DNA from: a virus
DNA length: 64,000 nt
Virus record (IMG/VR): IMGVR_UViG_3300045988_182948
Direction: 5' to 3' (one strand)
How positions within the stretch are numbered: position 1 is the stretch's first letter; each line of letters begins with the position of its first letter. The position numbers and the translations under genes are program-made. Shown here in pieces: positions 38,518 through 46,575 of this stretch. The notes under the pieces are model-generated. The model was given only the letters and a program-made list of their open reading frames with translations, did not search any database and had not been told where the DNA came from.

Positions 38518-39597
38518 TCATTTAATGACCCATTGAAGTTTTGAATCATCAGTAAAATATAATTCTCCTCCATAATCAGAGCACCAACTTTTGTCCAAAT
38601 TGACTTTTTCTTCATTGTTTTTCAATTCTATTTCATAATCTTGTTTCATCTGAGAAACTAAATTATCTTCTCGTGAAATTGAAATATTACTCTTCAAAGT
38701 TTTGTTTATAATAACATTTCCACTAATAAGACTATCTTTAAATTCATCTATAGTGGCTTTTTTAATGATTTTTTTATATATTTTTTTATTTGCACTTTCA
38801 TAACAACAAATCTGTAATACTTTGCGTATTTGAAAATTAGGCTCATATCTTCCTGCTAAATAAATAATTATTGGGTTTACATAGTTACTAAATGTAAAAA
38901 GTCTTTTTTCTTTATCATCTAATTTTAGAGGAAATAAAATGATATAATCATATTTTTTATTTTCATCTAATTCACATAAAGAAGAACAAGTGTCCTCAAC
39001 TCCATTATAGTTATAGATAATTTCATAATTCAAAAAATAATTATTTATAAGTTTTTTAATATCCTCATACTCTTTTATTTCTTTCAAAGGCTTTGCTTTC
39101 ATTTTCTTTTGATTAAGAACATCAATAATAATATTTATATATTCTTCTGTGACATTTTTATTATTAATAAATATAGGCTCAGATGTAAAATCGGTTGTAC
39201 GATATAACTGAATTGTTTTTTCTCTATATATTTCATTTAAAACGTTAGCTACTTTATCAATATGATTGACATAAATATCCTTTTTCAAGAAAATATTTTC
39301 AATATAAAACTTTAAAACATCTTGCCAATTATTATTAACAAATAAATTTTCCATATCTTCTGGTGATGTAACATAAAAAAGTGTTTTTAACTTATCCATC
39401 AAAATCTCTGATTTTATAAATGAGTCTTTTGTAAACATACTACTTAATTTATTATAATTGTCTATAGTTTCCTCTACATTTTCTCGAAGATGTTTTCCAT
39501 GAAAAGCTTCTTCAAGGTTATTATAATATTTTTCCTTATACAAAAAACCATCTGAATATGTCGGTGACAGATTTAACTCTTTAATATTTGTTATCAT
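38518..39597 (-). CDS. hypothetical protein embedded in the tRNA array (very AT-rich; Lys/Asn/Ile-rich)
   Basis: 359-aa ORF lying between tRNA-Cys and the next tRNA block. Confidence 0.45.
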   Translation of the reverse strand: MITNIKELNLSPTYSDGFLYKEKYYNNLEEAFHGKHLRENVEETIDNYNKLSSMFTKDSFIKSEILMDKLKTLFYVTSPEDMENLFVNNNWQDVLKFYIENIFLKKDIYVNHIDKVANVLNEIYREKTIQLYRTTDFTSEPIFINNKNVTEEYINIIIDVLNQKKMKAKPLKEIKEYEDIKKLINNYFLNYEIIYNYNGVEDTCSSLCELDENKKYDYIILFPLKLDDKEKRLFTFSNYVNPIIIYLAGRYEPNFQIRKVLQICCYESANKKIYKKIIKKATIDEFKDSLISGNVIINKTLKSNISISREDNLVSQMKQDYEIELKNNEEKVNLDKSWCSDYGGELYFTDDSKLQWVIK

Positions 39598-39874
39598 ATA
39601 ACACCTCTCTCGTCCATCTAAAGGCTTTATAGTAGCCTTTTAAAAACTAGTTAAAATAAATCAATACTCCTTAAAAACCCCTGCTGGCATCTGCCATATA
39701 TATTCTGGAGTGCTTTTCAGTATTCTGACTTACCATGCCTATATCAGAAGTTTGATGAACTGAAAAGAATTTTTCGGATAAGGTTTTACATGGATATTTA
39801 TATACCTTATACCTGTAGAGGAAAATTTTAGAATATGTTATCAGCAAAAACAATTTATATCCTAAATAATATTT

Positions 39875-39913
39875 GGTGCTCATAGTAGGATTTGAACCAT
39901 CATATGGGCGTTT
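39875..39913 (-). other. tRNA 3'-half-like fragment (TGG + acceptor + degenerate T-arm)
   Basis: TGGTGCTCATAGTAGGATTTGAACCATCAT. Only the T-loop and acceptor are recognisable. Confidence 0.3.
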
Positions 39914-39989
39914 TGGTAGGAATAATAGGAATCGAACCTATATTGCACGATTATCGGTCGTGAGTACTCACCAGTTGTACGATACTCCT
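39914..39989 (-). tRNA. tRNA-Ile (GAU) with C at position 33
   Basis: Anticodon arm CACGA-CCGATAA-TCGTG. Good acceptor, D-arm and T-arm. Confidence 0.6.
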
Positions 39990-39992
39990 ATA

Positions 39993-40066
39993 TGGTATCC
40001 GTTGGTGGTAATGCTCCACCGTCTTCAACTTGTAAGGATGATGTTCTTCTTTTAAACTAAACGGAT
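39993..40066 (-). tRNA. tRNA-Val (UAC) with an atypical T-loop (AGCATTA)
   Basis: Perfect acceptor and T-stem GGTGG/CCACC. Anticodon loop CTTACAA. Confidence 0.5.
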
Positions 40067-40067
40067 A

Positions 40068-40144
40068 TGGTCTCGATAAAAGGATTTGAACCTTTACAAA
40101 CTCGGTCCCAGGCCGAGTGCACTACCAAATTATGCTATATCGAG
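40068..40144 (-). tRNA. tRNA-Pro (UGG) with C at position 33
   Basis: Anticodon arm CTCGG-CCTGGGA-CCGAG. Perfect acceptor. Confidence 0.6.
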
Positions 40145-40270
40145 AGGAAAGAGAATATCTCTTCCGTATTTATGGTGGACCAGACATAATATGTTTATCT
40201 ATTACTACAATAGACTGGACTCCGAGATACTTCCCAATATCTTATCTTTACCTTATTTCATGAAGGAAAC

Positions 40271-40345
40271 TGGCACCTCTTGAAGGAATCGAACCCACAT
40301 CGTGGAGGTAGAAACTCCATGCTCTATCCATTAAGCTAAAGAGGT
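40271..40345 (-). tRNA. tRNA-Arg (UCU)
   Basis: Anticodon loop TTTCTAC. Perfect acceptor. Confidence 0.65.
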
Positions 40346-40548
40346 AATAATGATAACTACTTATCGCAATAGCCTTAGCATCTGACTCCTTATACAGAAT
40401 ATACTTTCATTTTCTATTCTTTCATGCACTTTCAAATATACTAAGAAAATATATATTTTCGTCAAAGCCAACCTCCTAGCTCGTGACTATCTGCATCCAT
40501 TGCTTATGCAGTTTCCACATGGTTTTATTTAATAAATTATATAATCAT

Positions 40549-40625
40549 TGGTGGACGATATAGGATTCGAACCTATGACCAGTCGGTTATGAGCCGACAG
40601 CTCTGACCATCTGAGCTAAACGTCC
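40549..40625 (-). tRNA. tRNA-Met/Ile2 (CAU)
   Basis: Anticodon arm GTCGG-CTCATAA-CCGAC. Confidence 0.65.
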
Positions 40626-40637
40626 ATATTTTTAAAA

Positions 40638-40716
40638 TGGTGGAAACTTTGGAATTCGAATCCAACTGATTTCCTGTGTGCAAAACAGGTGACCACACCT
40701 AGCAGTCCCAGTTCCC
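40638..40716 (-). tRNA. tRNA-Ala (UGC) with G3:U70
   Basis: Anticodon loop TTTGCAC. Acceptor GGGAACT/AGTTTCC gives the G3:U70 identity pair. Confidence 0.6.
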
Positions 40717-40728
40717 AATAATACATTA

Positions 40729-40816
40729 TGGCGCTGACTATAGGACTCGAACCTATGCTAGATTTACATCTAGTACGGTTTAGCAAACCGCTGCTTTACC
40801 ACTCAGCCAAGTCAGC
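40729..40816 (-). tRNA. tRNA-Ser (GCU), class II
   Basis: Anticodon loop TTGCTAA. Long variable arm CTAGAT-TTAC-ATCTAG. Perfect acceptor. Confidence 0.6.
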
Positions 40817-40824
40817 AAAAATAT

Positions 40825-40911
40825 TGGTACTCCCAATGGGAGTCGAACCCATACGAGCTTTTGCCCACAGAAGTTTAAGTTCTGTATGTCTACCGATTTC
40901 ATCATAGGAGT
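40825..40911 (-). tRNA. tRNA-Leu (UAA), class II
   Basis: Anticodon arm CAGAA-CTTAAAC-TTCTG. Confidence 0.6.
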
Positions 40912-40914
40912 ATT

Positions 40915-40999
40915 TGGTCTTCTCGAAGAGATTTGAACTCTTACGCTATAAAGCACTAGTTTCTAAAACTAGCATGTCTACCTATTCCATCACGAGAAG
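40915..40999 (-). tRNA. tRNA-Leu (UAG), class II
   Basis: Anticodon arm CTAGT-TTTAGAA-ACTAG. Perfect acceptor. Confidence 0.65.
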
Positions 41000-41004
41000 A
41001 TGAT

Positions 41005-41081
41005 TGGTGGTTTCAGATGGACTTGAACCAACGCTACGAGAAGTTTCAGTTATCTGCTCTACCAGATTGAGCTATGAAACC
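41005..41081 (-). tRNA. tRNA-Phe (GAA)
   Basis: D-arm GCTC..GAGC. Anticodon loop CTGAAAC. Perfect acceptor. Confidence 0.7.
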
Positions 41082-41095
41082 AGATGATAAAATAT

Positions 41096-41170
41096 TGGCA
41101 CCTCTGTAAGGAGTCGAACCTTAAGTTTTGGTTTTGGAGACCAATGTGTTCCCTTTTACACTACAGAGAT
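41096..41170 (-). tRNA. tRNA-Trp (CCA)
   Basis: Anticodon arm TTGGT-CTCCAAA-ACCAA. Confidence 0.7.
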
Positions 41171-41172
41171 AT

Positions 41173-41249
41173 TGGCATCAGGGAGAGGGCTCGAACCTCT
41201 AAATGTGGGAGTCAAGGTCCCATGTGCTTACCAGTTTCACCACCCTGAT
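41173..41249 (-). tRNA. tRNA-Gln (UUG) with C at position 33
   Basis: Anticodon arm TGGGA-CCTTGAC-TCCCA. Perfect acceptor. Confidence 0.6.
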
Positions 41250-41363
41250 ATCTAAATAGATTTAGTATACTTGGAAGTGGTTGAACCCTCATACCCTCTA
41301 TTAGAAGTCGAGTGCATTACCAACTTTGCTACAAGTACAATATATAATTATGAAATTTTTTAA

Positions 41364-41450
41364 TGGTGGGCCCCACTGGATTCGAACCAGCAATGTTTCT
41401 AATGTCACAGATTTACAGTCTGCTTCCTTCACCAATTTGGATAGAGACCC
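41364..41450 (-). tRNA. tRNA-Tyr (GUA), class II
   Basis: Anticodon loop CTGTAAA. 3-bp D-stem and long variable region. Acceptor has two G:U pairs. Confidence 0.55.
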
Positions 41451-41457
41451 ATATGTT

Positions 41458-41540
41458 TGGCGCTCAGTGAGGGACTCGAACCCCCAAGTCCTTTCTGACC
41501 AACTGTTTTCAAGACAGCACGACTATGGAATTACCCAATG
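41458..41540 (-). tRNA. degenerate tRNA-like sequence (Ser-UGA-like anticodon arm; acceptor 5' strand and D-arm not foldable)
   Basis: Good TGG, acceptor 3' strand and T-arm (GGGGG/TTCGAGT/CCCTC). Anticodon arm CTGT-CTTGAAA-ACAG. No complementary 5' acceptor was found. Confidence 0.3.
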
Positions 41541-41750
41541 GTTGTTGACAAGAAAGGTCTCCTAAGATGATATAGTCTTAAACTTTATATAAATAAGCGC
41601 ACCATACAGGTGTATCATCTCAGGTTTTTCAAGCCTCAAGGTTTCTGGTCTGCCAATTATCTACTATAAACCTTTTTTCGATTTAATAAATAATCATAAG
41701 ATATAATGTTATTCTATAAAATAACTATCCAACAATGAATACAATATATT

Positions 41751-41825
41751 TGGTATCCGAGGTGGGATTCGAACCCACGATTACCTGATAGAGCGCTAAA
41801 GCGTAAACTGCTTGCCAACTCGGAC
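41751..41825 (-). tRNA. tRNA-like gene, anticodon arm not resolved
   Basis: Perfect acceptor and T-arm (GTGGG/TTCGAAT/CCCAC) with a 40-nt core that did not fold canonically by hand. Confidence 0.35.
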
Positions 41826-41830
41826 ATATT

Positions 41831-41907
41831 TGGCGGACCCTACAGGACTTGAACCTGCGACCCTTCGCTTAACAGGCGAACGCTCTAACCAACTGAGCTA
41901 AAGGTCC
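41831..41907 (-). tRNA. tRNA-Asn (GUU)
   Basis: Anticodon arm TTCGC-CTGTTAA-GCGAA. Canonical D-arm. Confidence 0.7.
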
Positions 41908-41916
41908 ATATAATTT

Positions 41917-41991
41917 TGGAGTGAGTAAAGGGTATCGAACCCTCATCCTCTGCTTGGAAGGCAGATATACTAACCGTTGTACTATACTCAC
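41917..41991 (-). tRNA. tRNA-Gly (UCC)
   Basis: Anticodon arm TCTGC-CTTCCAA-GCAGA. Perfect acceptor. Confidence 0.7.
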
Positions 41992-41998
41992 ATTCATA

Positions 41999-42074
41999 TG
42001 GTGCCATCTGAGAGATTCGAACTCCCAACCAACTGATTACAGGTCAGCTGCACTTCCAGTTGTGCTAAGGTGGC
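41999..42074 (-). tRNA. tRNA-Thr (UGU) with C at position 33
   Basis: Anticodon loop CCTGTAA. D-arm GCAC..GTGC. Confidence 0.55.
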
Positions 42075-42078
42075 AAAT

Positions 42079-42153
42079 TGGCGGAACATAGGAGAATTGA
42101 ACTCCTATCTCTTGATAGACAGTCAAGTATATTTTCCATTATACGAATGCTCC
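42079..42153 (-). tRNA. tRNA-Asp (GUC), position 37 is U
   Basis: Anticodon arm CTTGA-CTGTCTA-TCAAG. Confidence 0.55.
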
Positions 42154-42154
42154 A

Positions 42155-42231
42155 TGGTTGCAGAGGCAGGATTTGAACCTGCGACCTCAGGATAATGAGT
42201 CCTGCGAGCTACCAAACTGCTCTACTCTACG
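42155..42231 (-). tRNA. tRNA-Met (CAU), initiator-like (C1:A72 mismatch)
   Basis: Anticodon arm CAGGA-CTCATTA-TCCTG. Canonical D- and T-arms. 1:72 is unpaired (C/A), as in bacterial tRNA-fMet. Confidence 0.55.
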
Positions 42232-42337
42232 ATATTTCACAAAAGAAAAAGTTCCTCATACGAGAAACAATAAAAAAGAAAATTTAAAATATCTCGTTTA
42301 TTGTTTGTTTTTCACTTCCTTTCGTGATTTTATAATT

Positions 42338-42366
42338 ATTATAACATATAATATAAAATTAGTCAA
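42338..42366 (-). promoter_or_regulatory. perfect sigma-A consensus promoter (TTGACT-17-TATAAT) driving the tRNA array
   Basis: Read on the minus strand it gives TTGACT aattttatattatatgt TATAAT, about 100 nt upstream of the first tRNA. Confidence 0.65.
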
Positions 42367-42373
42367 TATATAA

Positions 42374-42396
42374 ATAAAAAGTGCATATAAATGCAC
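42374..42396 (-). terminator. terminator of the minus gene 42429-42752
   Basis: GTGCATATAAATGCAC hairpin followed by a T-run on the minus strand. Confidence 0.5.
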
Positions 42397-42428
42397 TCTT
42401 CATTTCTATAAACAACATTTAATACAAA

Positions 42429-42752
42429 TTAATACTCATAATCAATTAAAAAATCCTTGACTGTGTATTCATTTGATTTTAATCTTTCATCTTCAGCTTT
42501 TTCCATTGCTTTTTGAATTGCTTCCTCAAATGGAATTTCATCATCTGCAATTGCTATCAGGATTTGGTTGATTTTATTATTGTCCTCTAAAATATGTTCA
42601 GCACATGATTGTAATATATAATCATCACTATATCCAAAACTTTCTAATCTTTCTTTAACTTTATTTCTCATACTTACTTTCATTTTTTTTCCTTCTTTCT
42701 TTTTAAATATTTTCTGCATAAGTTTTATATAATTTTTTAAATATAATTCCAT
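42429..42752 (-). CDS. hypothetical protein
   Basis: 107-aa ORF. Confidence 0.4.
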   Translation of the reverse strand: MELYLKNYIKLMQKIFKKKEGKKMKVSMRNKVKERLESFGYSDDYILQSCAEHILEDNNKINQILIAIADDEIPFEEAIQKAMEKAEDERLKSNEYTVKDFLIDYEY

Positions 42753-43087
42753 CCATGAACTTCATTGTTCATAGCATAAACAAGCAACTCAAAAGGAGGA
42801 AGCTGTTCTGTAGCTTCATAATAACGAGAAATTTGTTTTGCCCTTGCTAATAGGACAGTACAAACTTTTGAGCTTCTCGCATTTAAAATTAAAATAATTG
42901 CTCTTGATAATAAAACATGAATCTCGGGACCATTGGGATGCCCTTTATCAACCCAAAAAATATCCACAATATTCTGTTTGTGAATGTTCTCTATTAACAT
43001 TCTGTTTTGTCTTTGTTTCATATGCTTAGATTCTATAAGATTATCTAAGCATATATGAAAGTTTTGATTTTCCTTTATAATCATCAT
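42737..43087 (-). CDS. hypothetical protein
   Basis: 116-aa ORF. Confidence 0.4.
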   Translation of the reverse strand: MMIIKENQNFHICLDNLIESKHMKQRQNRMLIENIHKQNIVDIFWVDKGHPNGPEIHVLLSRAIILILNARSSKVCTVLLARAKQISRYYEATEQLPPFELLVYAMNNEVHGWNYI

Positions 43088-43145
43088 AATTCTGTCCCTC
43101 CTTTTTGAATTGATGAAAATAACTGCAATCTTTCTTGCTAAAAAA

Positions 43146-43349
43146 TCAATTGTATTTTAGATGTAGATACATCAGAGCAAATACTAGCTCTGCAACTAAA
43201 AAAAGACATCCATCTAATGCTGTCTTATCAACTACTCCTAAAAATACTAAAATCATAATTTTTAAATAATTTAAATTTAATAGTGCGAGAACTGGGATAA
43301 TCATGGTTAATATGACATGATTCCACTTAACTCTTTGTAGAAGCTTCAT
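43146..43349 (-). CDS. small membrane protein (2 TM, holin-like size)
   Basis: 67 aa, hydrophobic. Confidence 0.3.
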   Translation of the reverse strand: MKLLQRVKWNHVILTMIIPVLALLNLNYLKIMILVFLGVVDKTALDGCLFLVAELVFALMYLHLKYN

Positions 43350-43557
43350 AATTTCTCCTTTCCAACTTCTAATAATTTACGAATTTTCCCTCCAAAACTC
43401 ATATCAGAATAAATTTATGGAACTCGTATAGATTACACTTATATTATAGCATATTCCTAAATATTATTAATTTTATATAGGTTAAGTCTAAATGTGATTA
43501 AATAAAAAAACTATAACCTATGAAAATATTTCTAAGGTTATAGTTCGTTTAGTTCCT

Positions 43558-45270
43558 TTATTCATCCCACCAGTTATAATTTTTAATGTCATCTTCAATC
43601 TGATGAGAGCTTGAGGATGATTGTTTTTTTATTTGCCTGATTGCTTCACTTTCTTGAATTCCCGGAGAAAACCATGCTGGTTTATCTGAGTTGTTCTTCA
43701 AATCATTAAACAAAAATGTTAGAAAGCAGTTTATTTGATTATCTGGAGTCTTGAAAGAATATCCAGAGGTTTTTATTCTATCAAGAATATTAAGCATAAT
43801 TGAATCAAAGGATGCCTGATGAATAATAAGTTTTTCAAGATTCATTATTAACAAATCCCCTTCTATCATTTTTGCTTCTTTACTCATATAGAATTTCTTA
43901 AAGAGCTTCAGTTTATTGAAGCAGGCATTGAGAAAGTCTTTATCAGTGTTTTCTATAAAGATTGAATTATAAATAGAAGAATTGATTTCATTAATTAAAT
44001 TAATTAATAAAGAATCGTTTTTATTATTTTCAGTATAAGTATTTAAAGTTTTATTAATGTTGATATCTTTTTCGCTATTTTGTTTCTTTCTTTTTGAAGA
44101 AATTGTTTCTTTCATATCTGATGAAATGATGGCTCTTGATGGAGTCTTGATATCTGTCAAATTCTCTGAATTATGGCTCTTTTCAATTTTTTCTTCATCA
44201 TTATAAGTCAAATTCACGAAATTGTGGCTCTCATCTAATATGTCATAATCATCAAATTGTGGCTCACTGAATTCTTTCATGTCTATATCTTCAAGGTATT
44301 GCTTTACAAATTGATATATTTTATCTGGGAAGTTTCTTGTTCCATTTTCCCATTTGGAATATGTCTGTTTATAAAGGCTTAATGAATATTTTTTATTTAT
44401 AGCCTCTACTATCTGTTTTTGGGTTAAGTTATGCTTTAAGCGAAGCTGTTTAACATATGTATAATTTCTTTTATTTTTATTGATAATTAAATCTTCTTTG
44501 AGTTGGTCCATGCGACTCTTTAGATATAGTTTTTTGTTTTTGCTGTCTAAGCTTTCAAATTCTTCAACATTATCTTCAAAGTTGAAAAGTTTTAATAGAT
44601 AGAAACGGGTATCCTGTGAAAATGCTCTATATTCAAATAATAAACCACAGGCTTTTAAAAGATATCTTCCTCTTTTTAATGCTGACTGTCCAAGCCCTAA
44701 TTTCTTTTCCTGAGTTTCAAGAGATTCTTGGAAGTATATTCTTTCTTTGTCATCCACAAAATAATTCATTTGAGATAAACACATTGTATCAAAGTATATA
44801 GAATATTGAAGTTTTGTAGCTAGAGGTAGATTGTTATAAATATCATCAAATAATTCATTTGGAAACCTAAAGAAATTGTAACTATCTAAATCTGTTTCAT
44901 AATAAAACTCATCTGTTTCATCTTTTTTATTATAGTTATATAGATATATCTTATTATTTCCAACGCTTCGCTTATAGTTGATGAGTCCAACCCTCTTTAA
45001 ATCTGCTCTTGCTCGGCAACATGTTGATTCACTAATTTTTAATTTATTCATTATATCAGAATCTGAGTAGATAATATAAGGACCACTGTTATCTTTATAA
45101 GTGGTAATGATATATCTGTTTAAATAGAGAGAATACATAAACTTTGCTGGAACAGAAAGTTTTTTGAATCTATTATCTGAAAATAAGACTTTTGGTATAG
45201 ATAAGAAAGCATCTATTTTTGTTGTATCATTAATATTATAGTATTTAGATTCTTTATCCATAGAAAACAC
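43558..45270 (-). CDS. RepA_N-family replication initiator with an internal XRE-like HTH
   Basis: The N-terminal FLSIPKVLFSDNRFKKLSVPAKFMYSLYLNR...GLINYKR matches the Firmicutes plasmid RepA_N signature. A central HTH is LTQKQIVEAIN. A TATAAT with RBS GGGAGG lies immediately upstream. Confidence 0.6.
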   Translation of the reverse strand: MFSMDKESKYYNINDTTKIDAFLSIPKVLFSDNRFKKLSVPAKFMYSLYLNRYIITTYKDNSGPYIIYSDSDIMNKLKISESTCCRARADLKRVGLINYKRSVGNNKIYLYNYNKKDETDEFYYETDLDSYNFFRFPNELFDDIYNNLPLATKLQYSIYFDTMCLSQMNYFVDDKERIYFQESLETQEKKLGLGQSALKRGRYLLKACGLLFEYRAFSQDTRFYLLKLFNFEDNVEEFESLDSKNKKLYLKSRMDQLKEDLIINKNKRNYTYVKQLRLKHNLTQKQIVEAINKKYSLSLYKQTYSKWENGTRNFPDKIYQFVKQYLEDIDMKEFSEPQFDDYDILDESHNFVNLTYNDEEKIEKSHNSENLTDIKTPSRAIISSDMKETISSKRKKQNSEKDININKTLNTYTENNKNDSLLINLINEINSSIYNSIFIENTDKDFLNACFNKLKLFKKFYMSKEAKMIEGDLLIMNLEKLIIHQASFDSIMLNILDRIKTSGYSFKTPDNQINCFLTFLFNDLKNNSDKPAWFSPGIQESEAIRQIKKQSSSSSHQIEDDIKNYNWWDE

Positions 45271-45472
45271 CTCCTCCCTTTTTTATTATATCTTAATATA
45301 TGAATATAAGATTTGTATAATCTTATTTTAAAACCTATTTATTGGAGTTGTTTTACTTAATTTTCTTGACTTTTCTTATAAAAATGTTAAGATAAAAGTG
45401 CAAAAAATCTCTTATGCCAAAAAGAGTATTATAAAAACAACTGTCCGCAATGCCAATTTGGACTAAACTGAT

Positions 45473-45495
45473 GACCGTCTGCCAGGACGGTTTTT
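45473..45495 (+). terminator. plus-strand intrinsic terminator in the rep upstream region (candidate counter-transcript end)
   Basis: ACCGTCTGCCAGGACGGT plus T5. Confidence 0.35.
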
Positions 45496-45723
45496 CTTTT
45501 ATAGAAGTGCCACCTTCTAAAGAAAAAACAGCTTACTTGAACACACAACCTATGTCGTCGAAAATAATACTGAAATAGGTGATACACATCACCAAAAAGT
45601 GGTTATGTGCTCAAATAAACTGTTTTATAAAAAAATATATTCAAATGTTAAAAAACTCAAGATAAAAAATGTTATTATTTTCGACACTAAGATTATAACA
45701 AAAATGGGAAAATAAAGCAAATG

Positions 45724-45776
45724 AAAAAAAGACAGACATGAAAAGATGAAAATCTTTATGATGTATGTCTTTTTGC
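45724..45776 (-). terminator. long hairpin terminator after gene 45777-46178
   Basis: A7-AGACAGACAT...ATGTATGTCT-T5. Confidence 0.45.
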
Positions 45777-46178
45777 TTATATGTGTGTGAGCTTAAAGCG
45801 CGGATGAGTTGTTAAGTTTGCAGCTTCAATAATAATAATCTCTTTTTTTGAATATTCTGTTTCATGGGTTATTGTCTTGATATATTTTAATCTAATTCGT
45901 TCTCCCTTTCTTGTAATGTAGTGCGAGAATCCATCAAATTGATTATGAGTTTTGTAGTATTTCTTTAAAAGTTCAAAAAGCTTTATTTTAACGTCATAGT
46001 CAAAAGAATTCCGACAATCTGCACATACAAAATTAATTTGTCGAGGCTTGCTCTCATCCATTTTAAATCCTTTGCCATTCAAATCCTTAATATTGGAGAT
46101 ATTCTGTCCAACATGACATGCACATATCAATGCAATTGAGCCCCAATCATTTAAGGGGGAGCTATCTAACTGAGACAT
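45777..46178 (-). CDS. hypothetical protein (CxxC...CxxC)
   Basis: 133-aa ORF. Confidence 0.4.
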   Translation of the reverse strand: MSQLDSSPLNDWGSIALICACHVGQNISNIKDLNGKGFKMDESKPRQINFVCADCRNSFDYDVKIKLFELLKKYYKTHNQFDGFSHYITRKGERIRLKYIKTITHETEYSKKEIIIIEAANLTTHPRFKLTHI

Positions 46179-46479
46179 TGATATTAAAAACAGCTAATTC
46201 AGAGTCTGTATCTGCTATTTTTTCTAAAATAAACACAGGTGTAGAAATTTCTAGAACTTTGTTTTCAGTTTCTAAAAGCTTCCCTGCTCTGGCAATTGTT
46301 TTCATTGTGTTGGCAATGGCTCTGTTACCCATAGCCTTAATAGTTACTGTACTTCCTTCTTCAAGGAAATGCATTAAAGAACTTGAACATTTTGTAACAT
46401 ATGCAGGGATATCTTGAATCCCTTCTTCAGTTCTGATAACTCCTTTCGTGATTTTCATAACCTTATTTCCGTTTTTCAT
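46162..46479 (-). CDS. spoVS: SpoVS-like protein
   Basis: MKITKGVIRTEEG...KAMGNRAIANTMKTIARAG resembles stage V sporulation protein S. Confidence 0.55.
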   Translation of the reverse strand: MKNGNKVMKITKGVIRTEEGIQDIPAYVTKCSSSLMHFLEEGSTVTIKAMGNRAIANTMKTIARAGKLLETENKVLEISTPVFILEKIADTDSELAVFNINVSVR

Positions 46480-46575
46480 TTTCTACCTCCGTAGCTTTGC
46501 TACAGGAAATATTATATCATGTATTTATGAAATCAGTAAATTCGTTTGTGAATATAACAAATATACATATTTATC

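Noticed and set aside
41250-41345. A further tRNA between tRNA-Gln and tRNA-Tyr
   Set aside because: A D-arm-like GCAAAGTTGGTAATGC is present, but no consistent acceptor, anticodon or T-arm could be folded by hand. It is left unannotated pending tRNAscan-SE.
39873-42373. Plus-strand ORFs 39873-40055, 40086-40283, 41326-41565 and 42158-42373 from the six-frame track
   Set aside because: They lie entirely on top of minus-strand tRNA genes. Their amino-acid strings are low-complexity read-throughs of tRNA sequence, so they are not coding.
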